DNA of 64,000 bases from Octopus sinensis. Its lineage: Eukaryota. The notes beneath the pieces were generated by a model. That model saw nothing but the letters and a program-made list of their open reading frames with translations. It had not been told where the DNA came from and did not search any database. Positions 1 through 13,026 of this stretch are shown here, in pieces. The DNA lies in contig NC_042997.1 of the NCBI RefSeq assembly GCF_006345805.1, forward strand, positions 4,650,001-4,714,000. Reading direction: 5' to 3'. The position numbers and the translations under genes were made by a program. Position 1 is the first letter of the stretch. The number at the start of each line of letters is the position of its first letter.

Positions 1-860
1 CCTGTCGGATATGTTGCCTGTGGATTCTTGCACGTTGGCAAAGGGAATTATTTGTGTCGCCAATGTAATATGATGTTTTGCGTTTTGCAGTTCATATCTG
101 CATTCATTTTGAAAAGGGATCCACTCTTGAAATTTATGTGGGAACCACTTTCTAAGTATTATATTTAAAGTTGGTGGTGCATGTTTCACATCTCCTATCT
201 CCACATTCTTTTACTAAGAATTCCGATTCCCTCTCTGATTTGATTTCTGCCCTTGTGAGGTGTTTTTTCGGATTTGTTTTGGCGTCTACTATGCCGTAAG
301 GTGTTTTTTTTTTCAATCACAGTTTTTTCATTTTGGGGCTTTGTAGAAATGTAGGTAAGTTCGATTTTATGGCGTGAAAGATGCTGGTTGTTCCACGACT
401 GTGTGTATTAACGAACGGAATCGTGTTTTCATTAACTTTTTCTTAGGTGCCCGTAGTTGGGTAATGTTCAATTTTATGCCTCATTACTTAATTCTAAGGG
501 GTATTTCTGCATTGTGAGAAACCCTTTGAGTTCGTTGAGTTGATTTTACGTATTTTATGGTCACTTACTATAGCACTAATGCGTCTTGCCATGCTGTATG
601 AGTTGTTTCTTTTGATGTGTGAGGGATGACACGAGTAGAAATTGAAATATTGGTGTGAGTATTTTTTGTAATATATGTCTGTTGTGACTATGGAGTTCTG
701 TATTTTTATGCGGATATCCAGGAATGTTAATTCATTGCAAGGGATTCTTTTGTGAATTTGATCAATGAGAGAACTGTATTCAGTATGTTGTTAAATATAC
801 TTAGATCTTCACTGAATCTGTCCCAGAATATGAAACAAACGTCAAGTAACCTTTCCAATT
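1..860 (-). mobile_element. Penelope-like retroelement fragment (RT C-terminus, linker, start of GIY-YIG endonuclease), decayed
   Basis: Minus-strand translation by eye across frameshifts gives LDVCFIFW (YxDD region), LTFLDIRIKI, TTDIYYK, YFNFYSCHPSHIKRN, then YIGDTNNSLCQRARIHRQHIRQ. These are motifs of Penelope-type RT and GIY-YIG proteins. Confidence 0.8.
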
Positions 861-1219
861 TTAATGATATATTTCAAAATTTTCTATCTATCTATCTGTT
901 TGACAATCTATCTATCTATCTATCATTCTATTCATCTATCAAGCTATCTGCCTGCGTATATTTCTATCTATCTCCATTGTCATGTAATATCAACCCCCAC
1001 CAAAAAAAAAACATGTTCTCCTCTTCTCAAAAAAACCCAAAAGAAATATTTTTTATATAAATGAACTAGCTATTTGTACATTCACAAAATTCAATTTTTG
1101 ACAAGTTCAACAAACGAACGAAAGTGTTAATACTAATGTAGAAATATAAAGAAATTTTCCCAAAATTCTGAAGGCTTTTTCCTCGATATTCAATTTCTGT
1201 ACACAACACCAAACACTAA

Positions 1220-1241
1220 AACACACACACACACACTCTTT

Positions 1242-1294
<53 letters not shown>

Positions 1295-1327
1295 AGTCTC
1301 TCTGTTTTTGCGTGTGTGTACGTATAC

Positions 1328-1400
<73 letters not shown>

Positions 1401-1500
1401 TACATGTATTATATACATATGTGTATAGGTATGCATGTATACATATCTTTATATAGATGTGTATATATGTATATATATATACATTCATATATATATTTAT
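1220..1500. repeat. Compound microsatellite (CA)n-(TC)n-(TA)n
   Basis: Directly visible dinucleotide runs. Confidence 0.95.
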
Positions 1501-2624
1501 AAATGTGTGTGTATGTGTTTGTGTATGTATATGTATATGTATATGGATATTTCAATTTAATATTTACGTACTTTTTGATTATTGGCATATGTAAACTGTC
1601 GTCTGAATTGTAGTAAATATTAATTCGTTTATCATTGCGATCGTCGAAATTTACTTAAGTTCTTTATCAAAATCTATTATTACTTTAAATCCATCCCAAA
1701 TCGAATGCACTGCAAATAATTTGCAATAAATACTGTAACATTTTTCTATTGTAAATCATATTTTAATCAGAAAATTTGATTCAAAAAGCAAAAATGTGTA
1801 TTCTCATGATGCGTTGCGAATATTCCGAAGCTAAAAACGTATGCTATAAGTGCCAAAAACGTAAATTGCTAATACTTTTTAGAAGATCAAGTACCTCTCC
1901 AAATACGTGGGCGTCACTTGCTTGCATTTAGCATTCAGTAGATCGTAATAGAAATGTAAAATTTCTGTCAAATATAATTGACATCAAACAGAAAATAAAT
2001 CAAATACCTTCTCTACTTGACATTTATGTAATCGCAGCTTTAAACAGTCTAAAATATGTCTAACGATTTTTTAATATGTAAACCGTTTCTGACTTTTAAT
2101 GTATTTTACATACCATATTAAATTGATTTATAATACATTCTGCTAGTATATATTAGACAATAATTGCATATGCTCGATTTTGTTAATAATATTCTATACC
2201 AAAAATCCTTTTTTGATGCAGGAAGTGGTTGCTTCTTCGGAGATAGTTGAAAATCAAAATAGTTCAAAATTTTCGACAGTTAAGAGATATCAACATATGA
2301 ACATATTAATTAAATTTTTATTTGTATATGTTTAGAGCCGCTTCAGCATCTGACTAGACCAGGAAAGAACGAGGCGAGTATGGGTACAATATATCTGGAG
2401 AAGGAAAAGCTGAAGAGAATGCGAGAAAAAATGCGAAACAGAAACGCGTAAATGAGGATCATCACTAAGGATTGTTTTTTCACTTTTTCTTTCTTTATGC
2501 TTTTACTTTCCTTAAATGTCTTGCATTCTGCCTCTTTCTATCTGTCTTTTTTCTCAAGAAATCATGTCACATGCCTTTGTATCTTCATTGCCTAATATAT
2601 CGTTATATACATTTATACATACAT

Positions 2625-2683
<59 letters not shown>

Positions 2684-2990
2684 TATATATATATATATAT
2701 ATAGTAAAAAGGGTAATAAAATAAATTATTTTTACCAGTGATCTAGCACAAAAGACAAATTAGTCATTAGACTATATGTTATTCATATATAAGTACGTTA
2801 AAAGGCCTCTAAAAGAAGAAGCAAGTACTAGATACACAAAAAGTGGACAAATTCAATGAAATGAACATCAAAAACGTTTACAAACTCGGCTCATCTTATA
2901 CTGCTGTTTCGTCTTTTTTTTTTAGCAGAAAAATATAATTTATATATATATATATTATCGTAACTTAATTTAGTCGAAAAAATAGACCGT

Positions 2991-3286
2991 AGGGCTTATT
3001 CTTTGTAAGCCTAGTACTTATGATATTGGTTTCTTTTTCTGAACCGCTGAATTACGGGGATGTAAACACACCAACACATGTTGTCAGATATACACAGACA
3101 CAGAAATACACACACACACATATATATGTGACGGGCTTCTTTCAGTTTCCGTCTACCAGATCGAATCACAAAGATTTGGTCAACCCCAGGCTATTGTAGG
3201 AGACACTTTCCCAAGGTTCCACACAGTGGGATTAAACCAACAACTATGTGCTTGGGAGGCAAGCATCTTACCGCAGAGCCACTCCT
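2991..3286 (-). mobile_element. tRNA-derived SINE (same family as 32618-33017), diverged
   Basis: Reverse complement starts AGGAGTGGCTCTGCGGTAAG (A-box-like), has a decayed B-box-like GGTTTAATCCC, a central CA/TA tract and AAGTACTAGGCTTACAAAGAATAAG shared with the other copies. Confidence 0.85.
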
Positions 3287-5890
3287 TCTTATTTCATATA
3301 TTCTCGAATCAAGTAGTGATCATGAAAAAAAAGCTGATTTATATAACGGTCTCCCAATTTATGTATTAAATATAGTAAACAAGTTCAGCTTCCACAATGA
3401 ATGGCTGTATACAACCACACTCGGACTGGCCTGAAGTCAATGCCCAAAGAAGTACAACTTGGAATGTTATACATTTTTGAGTTTAATGGATACTATATAA
3501 ATTCAAATAATTAAAAAATATTCATGATAAATTGTCATTTAAAGAATTATTGCTCAAGTAAAAGTAGCACAAATATCATCACTGCGGCTTCCCTTTTATA
3601 TTATCAACAATTTAATCCACATTAAAAAATTGGAAGGCCTTAACATGCATCGATATTTTACAACGAAACTGAATGACATATTCTATATTTATAGGCAGCT
3701 TATTATTTACAATTAGAAAATACAGATATTTTTGTCATTTATTTATGGTTAGAATATAGCCTTAAATGATATTGATGAGATAAGAATGCAGTATTTTAAC
3801 AGAAATAAAGTCATAATGAACTTTTTTTCTGTGGAAACAGCACATAATCACAAACTATTTTTGTTATACTAGAAAAAAACTCCACCGCAGTTATCTCGTA
3901 AATAGTTATATTTCCCTAGTTTTGTCTGATATATTTACAGATTGCGAAAAACACTTATCTAAAATCTTTATCAAATCAGTCTTGAGTAAAAAGTTTCCTT
4001 TGAAATAACTTAGTACTAGAAAACATCTTTGGCCAAAAAAAAAAAAACAAAAGACAATTGATTAAGAAAATAGGTTTATATCGGATACAAGTTATAATTA
4101 AACATTCTCTGTGATTACTGTCTAATTTTGAGGCAAAGCTGTCAATGTGTTTTTGTACTCTAAAACATAAAATAAATTGGTATATTCGTAATGTCTTCAA
4201 TAGAAAAAATTACTTTCAGATAAACATTAGAAGTTTTGACGAATTATTTTAGCAATAAATCTTCTAATGTGAACTGAATAATTTGCTGTTCAGATATGCA
4301 TTTGTGCTAAAAAAAATTAATTTGTAACATTTCAATGTGTTTCTATTATCATCGACGTCACATTCTTTCTGTATGTCTTTTGTTTTAACGGGCCTTAGGT
4401 GCGGCTTAGCGTCAAAAAGAAAAGTGCTTTTTAGACGTGTTAAAAAAAATACTGAATATTTCAAACCTGCCGAGGCAGCTAAGGTAAGGTGTTCGAAAAG
4501 AATTGATAACGACATATTTCTGTATTTGCAGAAAGTTGACCTCGCGCACTTCACTCAGTTTAAAGCAAATTGCATTCTCTTATTTCAAGTATCCATAAAA
4601 ATTTGTTTTACTAGTGAGGCGCTAGTGCTACATTATTTGAATATACACCTCAGATCAGCGAAAGCATTTTGCTAGAAAACTGAAGTGCGCTGTTCGGATG
4701 AGCTTCAAATACAGCAAATTATCGATACCTATCTAGGCATCTTAGAAGGCTTTTTCTAACTAACGTTATCCTGTATCTAATGAGTGCACAAACAAAACAC
4801 ACAGATTAAGTATCGATAATCAATACTTATCAAAGATTCTTATAATTCAAAATTGAATATATTTACATTAGGTTTATCGCTTATTTGTTAAGTTATTGAG
4901 AGATAAATATGCGAAAGTGGCTGTATAGTTTTCGGAATGTTATGCGCGTTGTAAATGCGAAATCAGGAAAAACAAATTAGCCAACTAACACGCTGAAAAA
5001 TAGATGTACGATGGCAAGTAAAATGTGTGTGAAATTAATTAAGATATATGGGTACATATTTGAGTACACGAAAAGTCGTCTTCTCAGCTTCATTGTGTCG
5101 TAGTATAATAGAAAATTAATTATTTTATAATTTATATGTCAAACACAGACCACATGCTAAATATATGCACTTAAATGTTAATTCAATAAGCCCCCTTTTT
5201 AAATCGGTATTTGTTTAAGAATTACTGAATATCTATACCAGAGTGTTGGACACAATAATTTCTGTTGGATTATTATATATCCTAATGAATGATTTAGATC
5301 TGTAATGTGATATGAATTATTCAATATAATAAGAAACATTAAATGTTTTCTATTGACAGTGACAGAATGCTTTTCCGATAGCATCACATAAACAATTTCA
5401 TTACCTATGTTTCATTAATTCAATCAGGAAATTACTTTTAGCACAGTCTATGGGCGCTTTATAAGTAACATTAATTCATTACAGTGAATTAGAACCAATA
5501 GAATTTTCAATCAGATATGGAAGAGAGACTACATGAAGCGAAATAATTGAGACACGTAATAAAATGATATAATGCATACTCCAAATCAATCATTTACTTG
5601 TAGTTTTTATTTTTCATTCTAACAAATTATAAATGATAAATGTTGTTATATAAAGCGACTACCATACATTGACCGTTTTACCGATGTGGGATTAAATTTT
5701 GGTAAACTTGGATAAACAAAATCTTATAAGCACTTCAGTAGCAAATGCATGTAGATATTTACTGAGTTAGAAATATCCCGGACATCCTTCCACGCATTAC
5801 CATATTTGAAATATGATGAATAAATGAAACGAAATCACGAATGTCTGTCGCTCACATTTGTCAATATATACATTCATTGGCGCATACATG

Positions 5891-5927
<37 letters not shown>

Positions 5928-6203
5928 TCATGGATTCATAGACATACAGACACAAACATATATACACAGACAATAGTCTGTGTGTGTTTGCTTGCGAAAC
6001 AACTCTATTTATTGAGTATTTATTTGTTCAATTAAATAATTTTTTAAAATCTAACCTTACGAAGTAGGCGCTGCAATATCCCACACACACATGTGAACAG
6101 AACATAATTATCTCTAAATATATATAAGCGTTAAAACAACTCAAAATCTACGATAATACTGACTTAATGACTGCAAAAATGAGGTACGTTCCCGGCGTAT
6201 ATT

Positions 6204-6257
6204 GTCGGAGTGTGATTTCGGATTTTGATGTTGACCATCTAAATAATCATCAGCGAC
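6204..6257 (-). pseudogene. Degenerate type I hammerhead ribozyme motif
   Basis: GTCG-CTGATGA-...ATTT.GATG/CATC.AAAT...-GAAA-...TC-CGAC. Core and a 4-bp stem I are present; the base of stem II and stem III are mismatched. Confidence 0.35.
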
Positions 6258-6444
6258 TTTTATAGCGTAGTGTAAAACTCAACTACATCTCTTAGCCTTC
6301 AGATAGTGCTTTCTGTGTGTTTTAGTTGTTATAACGCGTATTCTTATCAAAAGTGGTGTTAGTCAGCACTCTCTGTCACTTTTGTGACCTCTATAAATTT
6401 TGCCTTTAGATTCTAATTGCTAATAAGCCACCCCTATTAATCCG

Positions 6445-6476
<32 letters not shown>

Positions 6477-6478
<2 letters not shown>

Positions 6479-7245
6479 ATTGATTGATTGATTGATTGAT
6501 TCTAGTTTCAGCTTATGAGCTGTGGCCATGCTGGGGCACCGCCATTTGGTGTTGCTACTTGGTTTCACTTCACGAAAGCTTTCTAGCAACTGCCATTTGG
6601 TGCATGAGAGAGTTCGATGCAGCTGCCCTCATCTGCCCCTCCTGCCGTAAAGTTGGTTCATCTGGAACACCTGACAGGAAGAGATCCAGCTTCATTTTAA
6701 AGACATCTGCATCCACCCCATGCAGGTCTCTCAGGTTTTTCGGGAGGATATTGAAGAGCTGTGGCCCTCGGAAGCCCAGGCTATCACAGAATATTGTCCT
6801 ACATCTTGATGGCAAGGGTTTTGTATTGCCTGTGGAACTTTTGTATCATCTGCATAACTTGTGATCGTGGCTCTCTGCGTGGCTGAGGGCATGTCTGAGA
6901 GGACCATTATGAACAGTAGTGGTCCCAGAACAGTGCCCTGCGGAACACCGCTAACTATTTGCCAGTTTGCCTTATGGTAGTTCAAGCTGGACAGATTCTG
7001 AGGGTTTCTTGTAGGCTGCATGTCCGTGCTCTCTTTTGGCCCGTACATGGTCAGCTCTATCATGTTGTGATCCGAGAGTAGTGTCGGTGTCACTTTCACA
7101 TTATGGATGAGATCCATGTCATTTGTGAAGCAGAGATCCAGTGTGTTACCTGCCCTGGTTGGAGTATTACCTGCTCCATGTACAGGGTGTTTATGAGGTT
7201 CAGGAGGGACCTCGCCTGTCCTCGTTCACATCTTGTCATTCCTGG
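6477..7245 (-). mobile_element. CR1/L2-type LINE derivative with internal deletions and intact 3' end with (AATC)n tail
   Basis: Minus strand: GNTLDLCFTND...LLSDHNMIEL (APE endonuclease end), SGVPQGTVLGPLLF...SYADDTKV (RT), FRGPQLFNILPKNLRDL...KLDLFLSGVPDEP (C-terminus), 3' motif GGCGGTGCCCCAGCATGGCCACAGCTCATAAGCTGAAAC, then (AATC)n at 6477-6501. Confidence 0.88.
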
Positions 7246-8078
7246 GCGAGAAATATATATTTTTTTTCACACTCCCACCTCCCACATATTCCACATCTAC
7301 CCCACCCTCGACCTGACCCATTCCCACCCTTACTTTCCCTATTCTTGCCTCCTCCACATCACATCACACCACCACGCGCGCACTAATATTTACCACTTCA
7401 CAGCCCCACATTATCACCCTCACATCTACACACACACAGACACCTCAAAGTCACCAGCCCTCTTCGACGTGCACATACACGCTCTCTGATACACACGCAC
7501 GCGCAGCATCGTTTTGGGATTACCACTAATCTATTATCTAACCTTCTTCCTAGCTCTCCTGTGTGACCCCTTTGTCCGGCAATCGCCATGATAGATCGCT
7601 AGCCACTACACATTATTTTTTTTCTTTCTGTGCTCCTTTCTTTGGAAGAGCGTGTGTGCTTCTGCTTGTGTGTGTGTATGTATGTATCAATGTTATCCAT
7701 ATATCTCCGTTTTAATCCTATCCTAAACGCTTGTGTATATTTGCATATTTTTCTACCTTGGGTGAAGACTTTCAATAGACATGAACATAAACTTTCTCAC
7801 TCATAACGATTGTATTTTCTAAAATATAACTTTCCCAAATAAATTGCACTTCACATTCAACGGTCCGATGACGCTATATGATGCTATACGGATACTCAAC
7901 AATGAGTTCACCATATCTTATTGCAGAAATAGCTATAAGCTACTGAATTTCACAGCATAACATTTGGTTTTTCGGTTGATATATCTGTTTTCTATTACCA
8001 CTCTATACTCATATTACATAGCGTTCTGGACCAAACGTATATTCAGTTCTACAACACTTTATTAATGCCTAAACGAAG

Positions 8079-8134
<56 letters not shown>

Positions 8135-8289
8135 AGAGAGAGAGAGAGAGAGCTATGTGTGCGTGTGTGTACAAAGTGCATTGAATAGAATGTCGTTTGA
8201 ATTATGGAAAAATGAAAATAACTCTCACATCTCATTTTAACAGATATATTTACCAAAATACATAGCAATATCTTCAACTACTAAAGAGT

Positions 8290-8950
8290 AAACCTATTCA
8301 ATGAAATTGCCATTAGCTTCAACCACGGCCTTCAGACAACTTTTGAATCTCCTCTAACTCTTCTGGACTATATCTTCGTTTTTCATTTGGTGAACGCTAC
8401 CATAATCCTTGCTTTGATTTCATCTTTTGTGTTGGGGGGAGTTTTGTTGTTCTCTCGCTCTAATGCACCCTACACATAATAATCAATGGGGTTGCAGTCT
8501 TGGGAATTAAGCGGCCAAATGATGGGACTGATGAGGTCGCAGAAACTGACGACCATGACTGGGTTTTCCTGCTTGTTTGGAATGATGCAGAGTCCTTTTG
8601 CCACACTTAGGGTCTTCTAGCAGCCACCAACTTGACTCCAGGGCACCGCTGCTGCCTCAAGGCACATGATGTTGATACGGAGGCCGCGTGGGAAAATAAA
8701 TGGAGGCATAACGTCGCCATCTCTTGTGACCGCTCAAACCATCAGGATGTTGACTGGATATTCGAGTTTTATCAATCTCGCTATATGTTCCTTGATTGCA
8801 CTGTCCTCAGAGTGACACCCCCAAAACTCTGAAATATTCATATTGGAGCTTCCGGTATGAATACCAAGCAGAAAAGTATGTCGTTTCCAAATTTCTTGCT
8901 GAGTGAATTACATCATGGTGCTGCTTTTCTCCCGACTGGTGCCCAACTGA
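8290..8950 (-). mobile_element. Tc1/mariner transposase relic, DD37D (maT)-like
   Basis: Decayed minus-strand motifs PVNILMV...DGDVMPPFIFP, QKDSA, WPLNSQDCNPIDY, KAVVEANGNFIE with stops and frameshifts. Confidence 0.85.
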
Positions 8951-9286
8951 CCCTGCTATACTATGTAGTCAACAAAATCTGAAACAAATAATGTACATAA
9001 ATAAAAATTAAAAACCAAATTTAAAATTGGGGCAATTTAGCTATTGCACACCGTATATATTAGAGAAAAAGTCCGAGAGCTGATTTCAAGGGCACGAAGT
9101 TATTTTGGTAGTATTTTGAATTTTGCATTCTTATTGAAATTGCTAGCCATTAAATCTGTTCCTTGAAATCTTGGAACCTGAAATATATTCCATGGAATTT
9201 GGAACATAACGTAATACCAATTATAGCACCTACAGAGTGCACCTATTGGTTTAGATTAGGAGGGAAGAAAACCCTTCATATCCTCT

Positions 9287-9322
<36 letters not shown>

Positions 9323-9360
9323 GTATCTATCTATCTATCTATCATCTATCTATCTATCTA

Positions 9361-9407
<47 letters not shown>

Positions 9408-9410
9408 CTT

Positions 9411-9600
9411 TTTACTTGTTTCAGTCATCTGACTGCGGCAATGCTGGAGCACCACCTGTATTCAAGTAAATCGACCCCGGGACTTATTCTTTGTAAGCCC
9501 AGTACTTATTCTATAGGTCTCTTTTGTGACGGGGACGTAAACACACCAGCATCGGTTGTCAAGCGATATTGGGGGCCCAAACACAGTCACACAAACATAT
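9411..9600 (-). mobile_element. SINE 3' half (family of 32618-33017)
   Basis: Reverse complement matches CCGATGCTGGTGTGTTTACGTCCCCGTCAC...GGTGGTGCTCCAGCATTGCCGCAGTCAGATGACTGAAACAAGTAAAA. Confidence 0.9.
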
Positions 9601-9848
9601 ACACACACATACATGAGATCTAGACAACGGATTAGATCTAGAAAATCGCACTATAGAAACGCATTGTACCACTCAAATGCTTTGAATTTACATTCCGATA
9701 TCTTCACCGAATTCAGGAGGGTAGCAAAGAGCAATACGTGGAATGCAAATGGCAGATGTAAATACAATAATTCAAATTAAGAGTTAAGACTTAGATTTTA
9801 ATGTGCAAAAAGATAAGGCAGAATCAAATGATTTCAATTGACAACCAA

Positions 9849-9890
<42 letters not shown>

Positions 9891-10049
9891 ATACGTTTTT
9901 ATTATTATTTTTTTGCAATTTACTTAATCATTGACAACTTATTGTTATTTTAATTTTAATATTTCTATTATATGTTAATTTTCTAGATGGTGTAATTTAA
10001 TTGTCCATTTTGAATTGATAAAAGGTGTTTTTTTCTAAGTGTATATATA

Positions 10050-10096
<47 letters not shown>

Positions 10097-10180
10097 TCTG
10101 TGAAATTTGATTTAGTATTTCTAAATTGAAATCTTTTCCTTGTAAGTTTGGATTTTATTCCCTCAAATAATAATCATAAT

Positions 10181-10232
<52 letters not shown>

Positions 10233-10236
<4 letters not shown>

Positions 10237-10612
10237 GGTCCCGGGTTGATTCGGGGTTAACCACAGTAAATAAGGTACTCAATACATAGCAGAGCAAAAT
10301 TAATTTATTATATAGAAGGAGCTTCTACAGGACTAGAACTGTTTCATTCAAGAGAAATCTTCAGGAAGCTAGTTAACAAGAATTGTATTGGCATTTATAC
10401 ATTTAGGCAGGTTTAAAGGGGTGTTGGTGGGGGACTTTTTTGGGGTTAGGCATAGCGCAAAATATCATACTTGGGGGAGTGGTCAAGGAGTCAGTGATAA
10501 ATTAGATAGAAGAATAAAAATAAAAAAATAAAAAAATAAAAAAATAAAAGAATCTATATATAAAAAAAGGGAAATAGAGTTTTAGGTAAATAAGGAGATT
10601 CTCACTTATACC
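10233..10612 (-). mobile_element. Hammerhead-bearing repeat (Penelope pseudo-LTR-like), left arm of inverted pair
   Basis: About 10300-10568 is the reverse complement of 12708-12970 with only a few differences. The unit contains an HHR and is bounded by (TA)n and a CA-rich tract. Confidence 0.75.
10320..10370 (-). ncRNA. Type I hammerhead ribozyme candidate
   Basis: AGCTTC (stem I) CTGAAGA t-TTC-tctt-GAA-t (stem II) GAAA CAG-ttctagtc-CTG (stem III) TA | GAAGCT (stem I). GUA cleavage triplet; U.U at the base of stem II. Confidence 0.7.
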
Positions 10613-11456
10613 TATGCACACATGTATACATACATACACACACATACAAACATATATACATATACATACACACATACATACACACACATATATATACATA
10701 TATATACACTTACACATACATATACATATCTACACATACACATATATGTATACATACACACACTCACATGCATACACGTATACATACATGTATATATACA
10801 CACACGACCACACGTACATATACGCACAGAAAAATATATATACACATACACACACATACTCACATACACGCATACACACTCATATCCACACACACACATG
10901 CACACACAGCACACTAGTCCCTATATACACATATATACACATACACACACATATACACACACATACATATACATACACGTATATATATATATATATATAT
11001 TAGGGAATGTAGAAAAATACAACATGGACAAGAACGTATATATACATATGTGTACCTATGCATACCTACACCTACACACATATATATACACATACAAATA
11101 CAGACCCATTCCCTAATTTTAATTTTATTATCTTCGTTAATTACTTTTGTTATCTTTGGCCGCTTGGTCACAAACATCTTGGCTATGACAGCCAGTCCAT
11201 TTATCTGTCTACTGGAAAACAAGCACTCATTCACTCACGCACACTCTTTAGCACGTACACTCACTCATTCGTACACTCATACACATACACGCACGCACGC
11301 GTTATATTCATACATACATACATCTACATACATTCACATATATACACATACGTACGTGTACCTACAGATTCATGTCTACACTCTTAGAAGGCTAGTCTAT
11401 ATATATACACCAATAAATATAAATACACACACATACATATACACCTACATACAAAT

Positions 11457-11498
<42 letters not shown>

Positions 11499-11645
11499 GC
11501 ATACACACATATACATATATATACACAAACACATACATACATATAGACACATACAAATACATACGTATACATACATACATACATCCATACATCCATACAT
11601 ACATACATTTATACACATACACACACCCACATACATACATATATA

Positions 11646-11685
<40 letters not shown>

Positions 11686-12085
11686 TACACACACATACAT
11701 ATACATACATACATATACAAATATACGCACACACATACATACATACTCATATACTCATACACGCACATACACATGTACATGCGTACCCATACACACACAC
11801 ACACACGCGCGCATCCATATATACACATAAGTACACACATGCGTAAAAGTATACGTATATCTATGCTTACACATACACACACACACACGCGCCTCCTTAT
11901 ATTCATACTTACATACATACTCAAAAAATAAGTAAATAGTAAAATATATATACGCGCAGTTATTCATACATGCATACTCAAAAAATAAATAATAAATATT
12001 AAGTATATGTACGTGCAGTTACGTATTATATAGACGGATACATACATATAAACTTACACACACATATATATATATATATATATAC

Positions 12086-12136
<51 letters not shown>

Positions 12137-12626
12137 ATACATATATACATACATATATACACATATATATACACATACACATATACATACATATATATAT
12201 ACACACACATACACAAATATATATATATATATGCATACTTACACACATGTACATGTAAATACACACATAGATAACTCTACGTACCTACATATACATAAAC
12301 ACACGAGCGTACGCGTATATGTACATATACACATACACATACACACGCATATATATACATACATACATACACATACACACATGTATACACACGCACACAT
12401 ATACACATATATATACATACACATATATATACATATATATATATATATACATATATATATACATATATATATATACATATACACATACACACACATATAT
12501 ACATGTGTGCAAACATACATACATTCTCATACAAGCACACACACTTACATTTACATATATACACACACTTACACACATATATACATACACATATACATAC
12601 ATACATACATACGTATATGCATACAT

Positions 12627-12666
<40 letters not shown>

Positions 12667-12707
12667 ACATACATACACATACACATACCCATACACATAC
12701 CCATACA
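10613..12707. repeat. 2.1-kb cryptic (CA/TA/CATA) low-complexity tract
   Basis: Directly visible; source of the many H/T/Y/I ORFs. Confidence 0.9.
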
Positions 12708-12966
12708 TTTTTTTTTATATATAGATTCTTTTATTTTTTTATTTTTTTATTTTTATTCTTCTATCTAATTTAACACTGACTCCTTGACCACTCCCCCAAG
12801 TATGATATTTTGCGCTATGCCTACCCCCCAAAAAATCCCCCACCAACACCCCTTTAAACCTGCCTAAATGTATAAATGCCAATACAATTCTTGTTAACTA
12901 GCTTCCTGAAGATTTCTCTTGAATGAAACAGTTCTAGTCCTGTAGAAGCTCCTTCTATATAATAAA

Positions 12967-12970
<4 letters not shown>
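12708..12970 (+). mobile_element. Hammerhead-bearing repeat, right arm of inverted pair
   Basis: Near-identical inverted copy of about 10300-10568. Confidence 0.75.
12900..12950 (+). ncRNA. Type I hammerhead ribozyme candidate (identical to 10320-10370)
   Basis: Stem I 12900-12905/12945-12950, CTGAAGA 12906-12912, GAAA 12925-12928, stem III CAG/CTG, predicted cleavage after GTA at 12944. Confidence 0.7.

Positions 12971-13024
<54 letters not shown>

Positions 13025-13026
<2 letters not shown>

Noticed and set aside
2336-2460. Possible terminal exon (PLQHLTRPGKNEASMG...), also CTGAAGA...GAAACGCGTA hammerhead-like words
   Set aside because: No consistent upstream exon phase or recognisable protein; as an HHR, neither stem I nor stem II pairs.
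10502-12773. Many overlapping ORFs up to 293 aa rich in H/T/Y/I or V/C/M
   Set aside because: Translations of CA/TA dinucleotide tracts, which lack stops in most frames; no protein-like complexity. The same applies to ORFs at 1190-1502, 14346-15574, 18108-18453 and 30286-30717.
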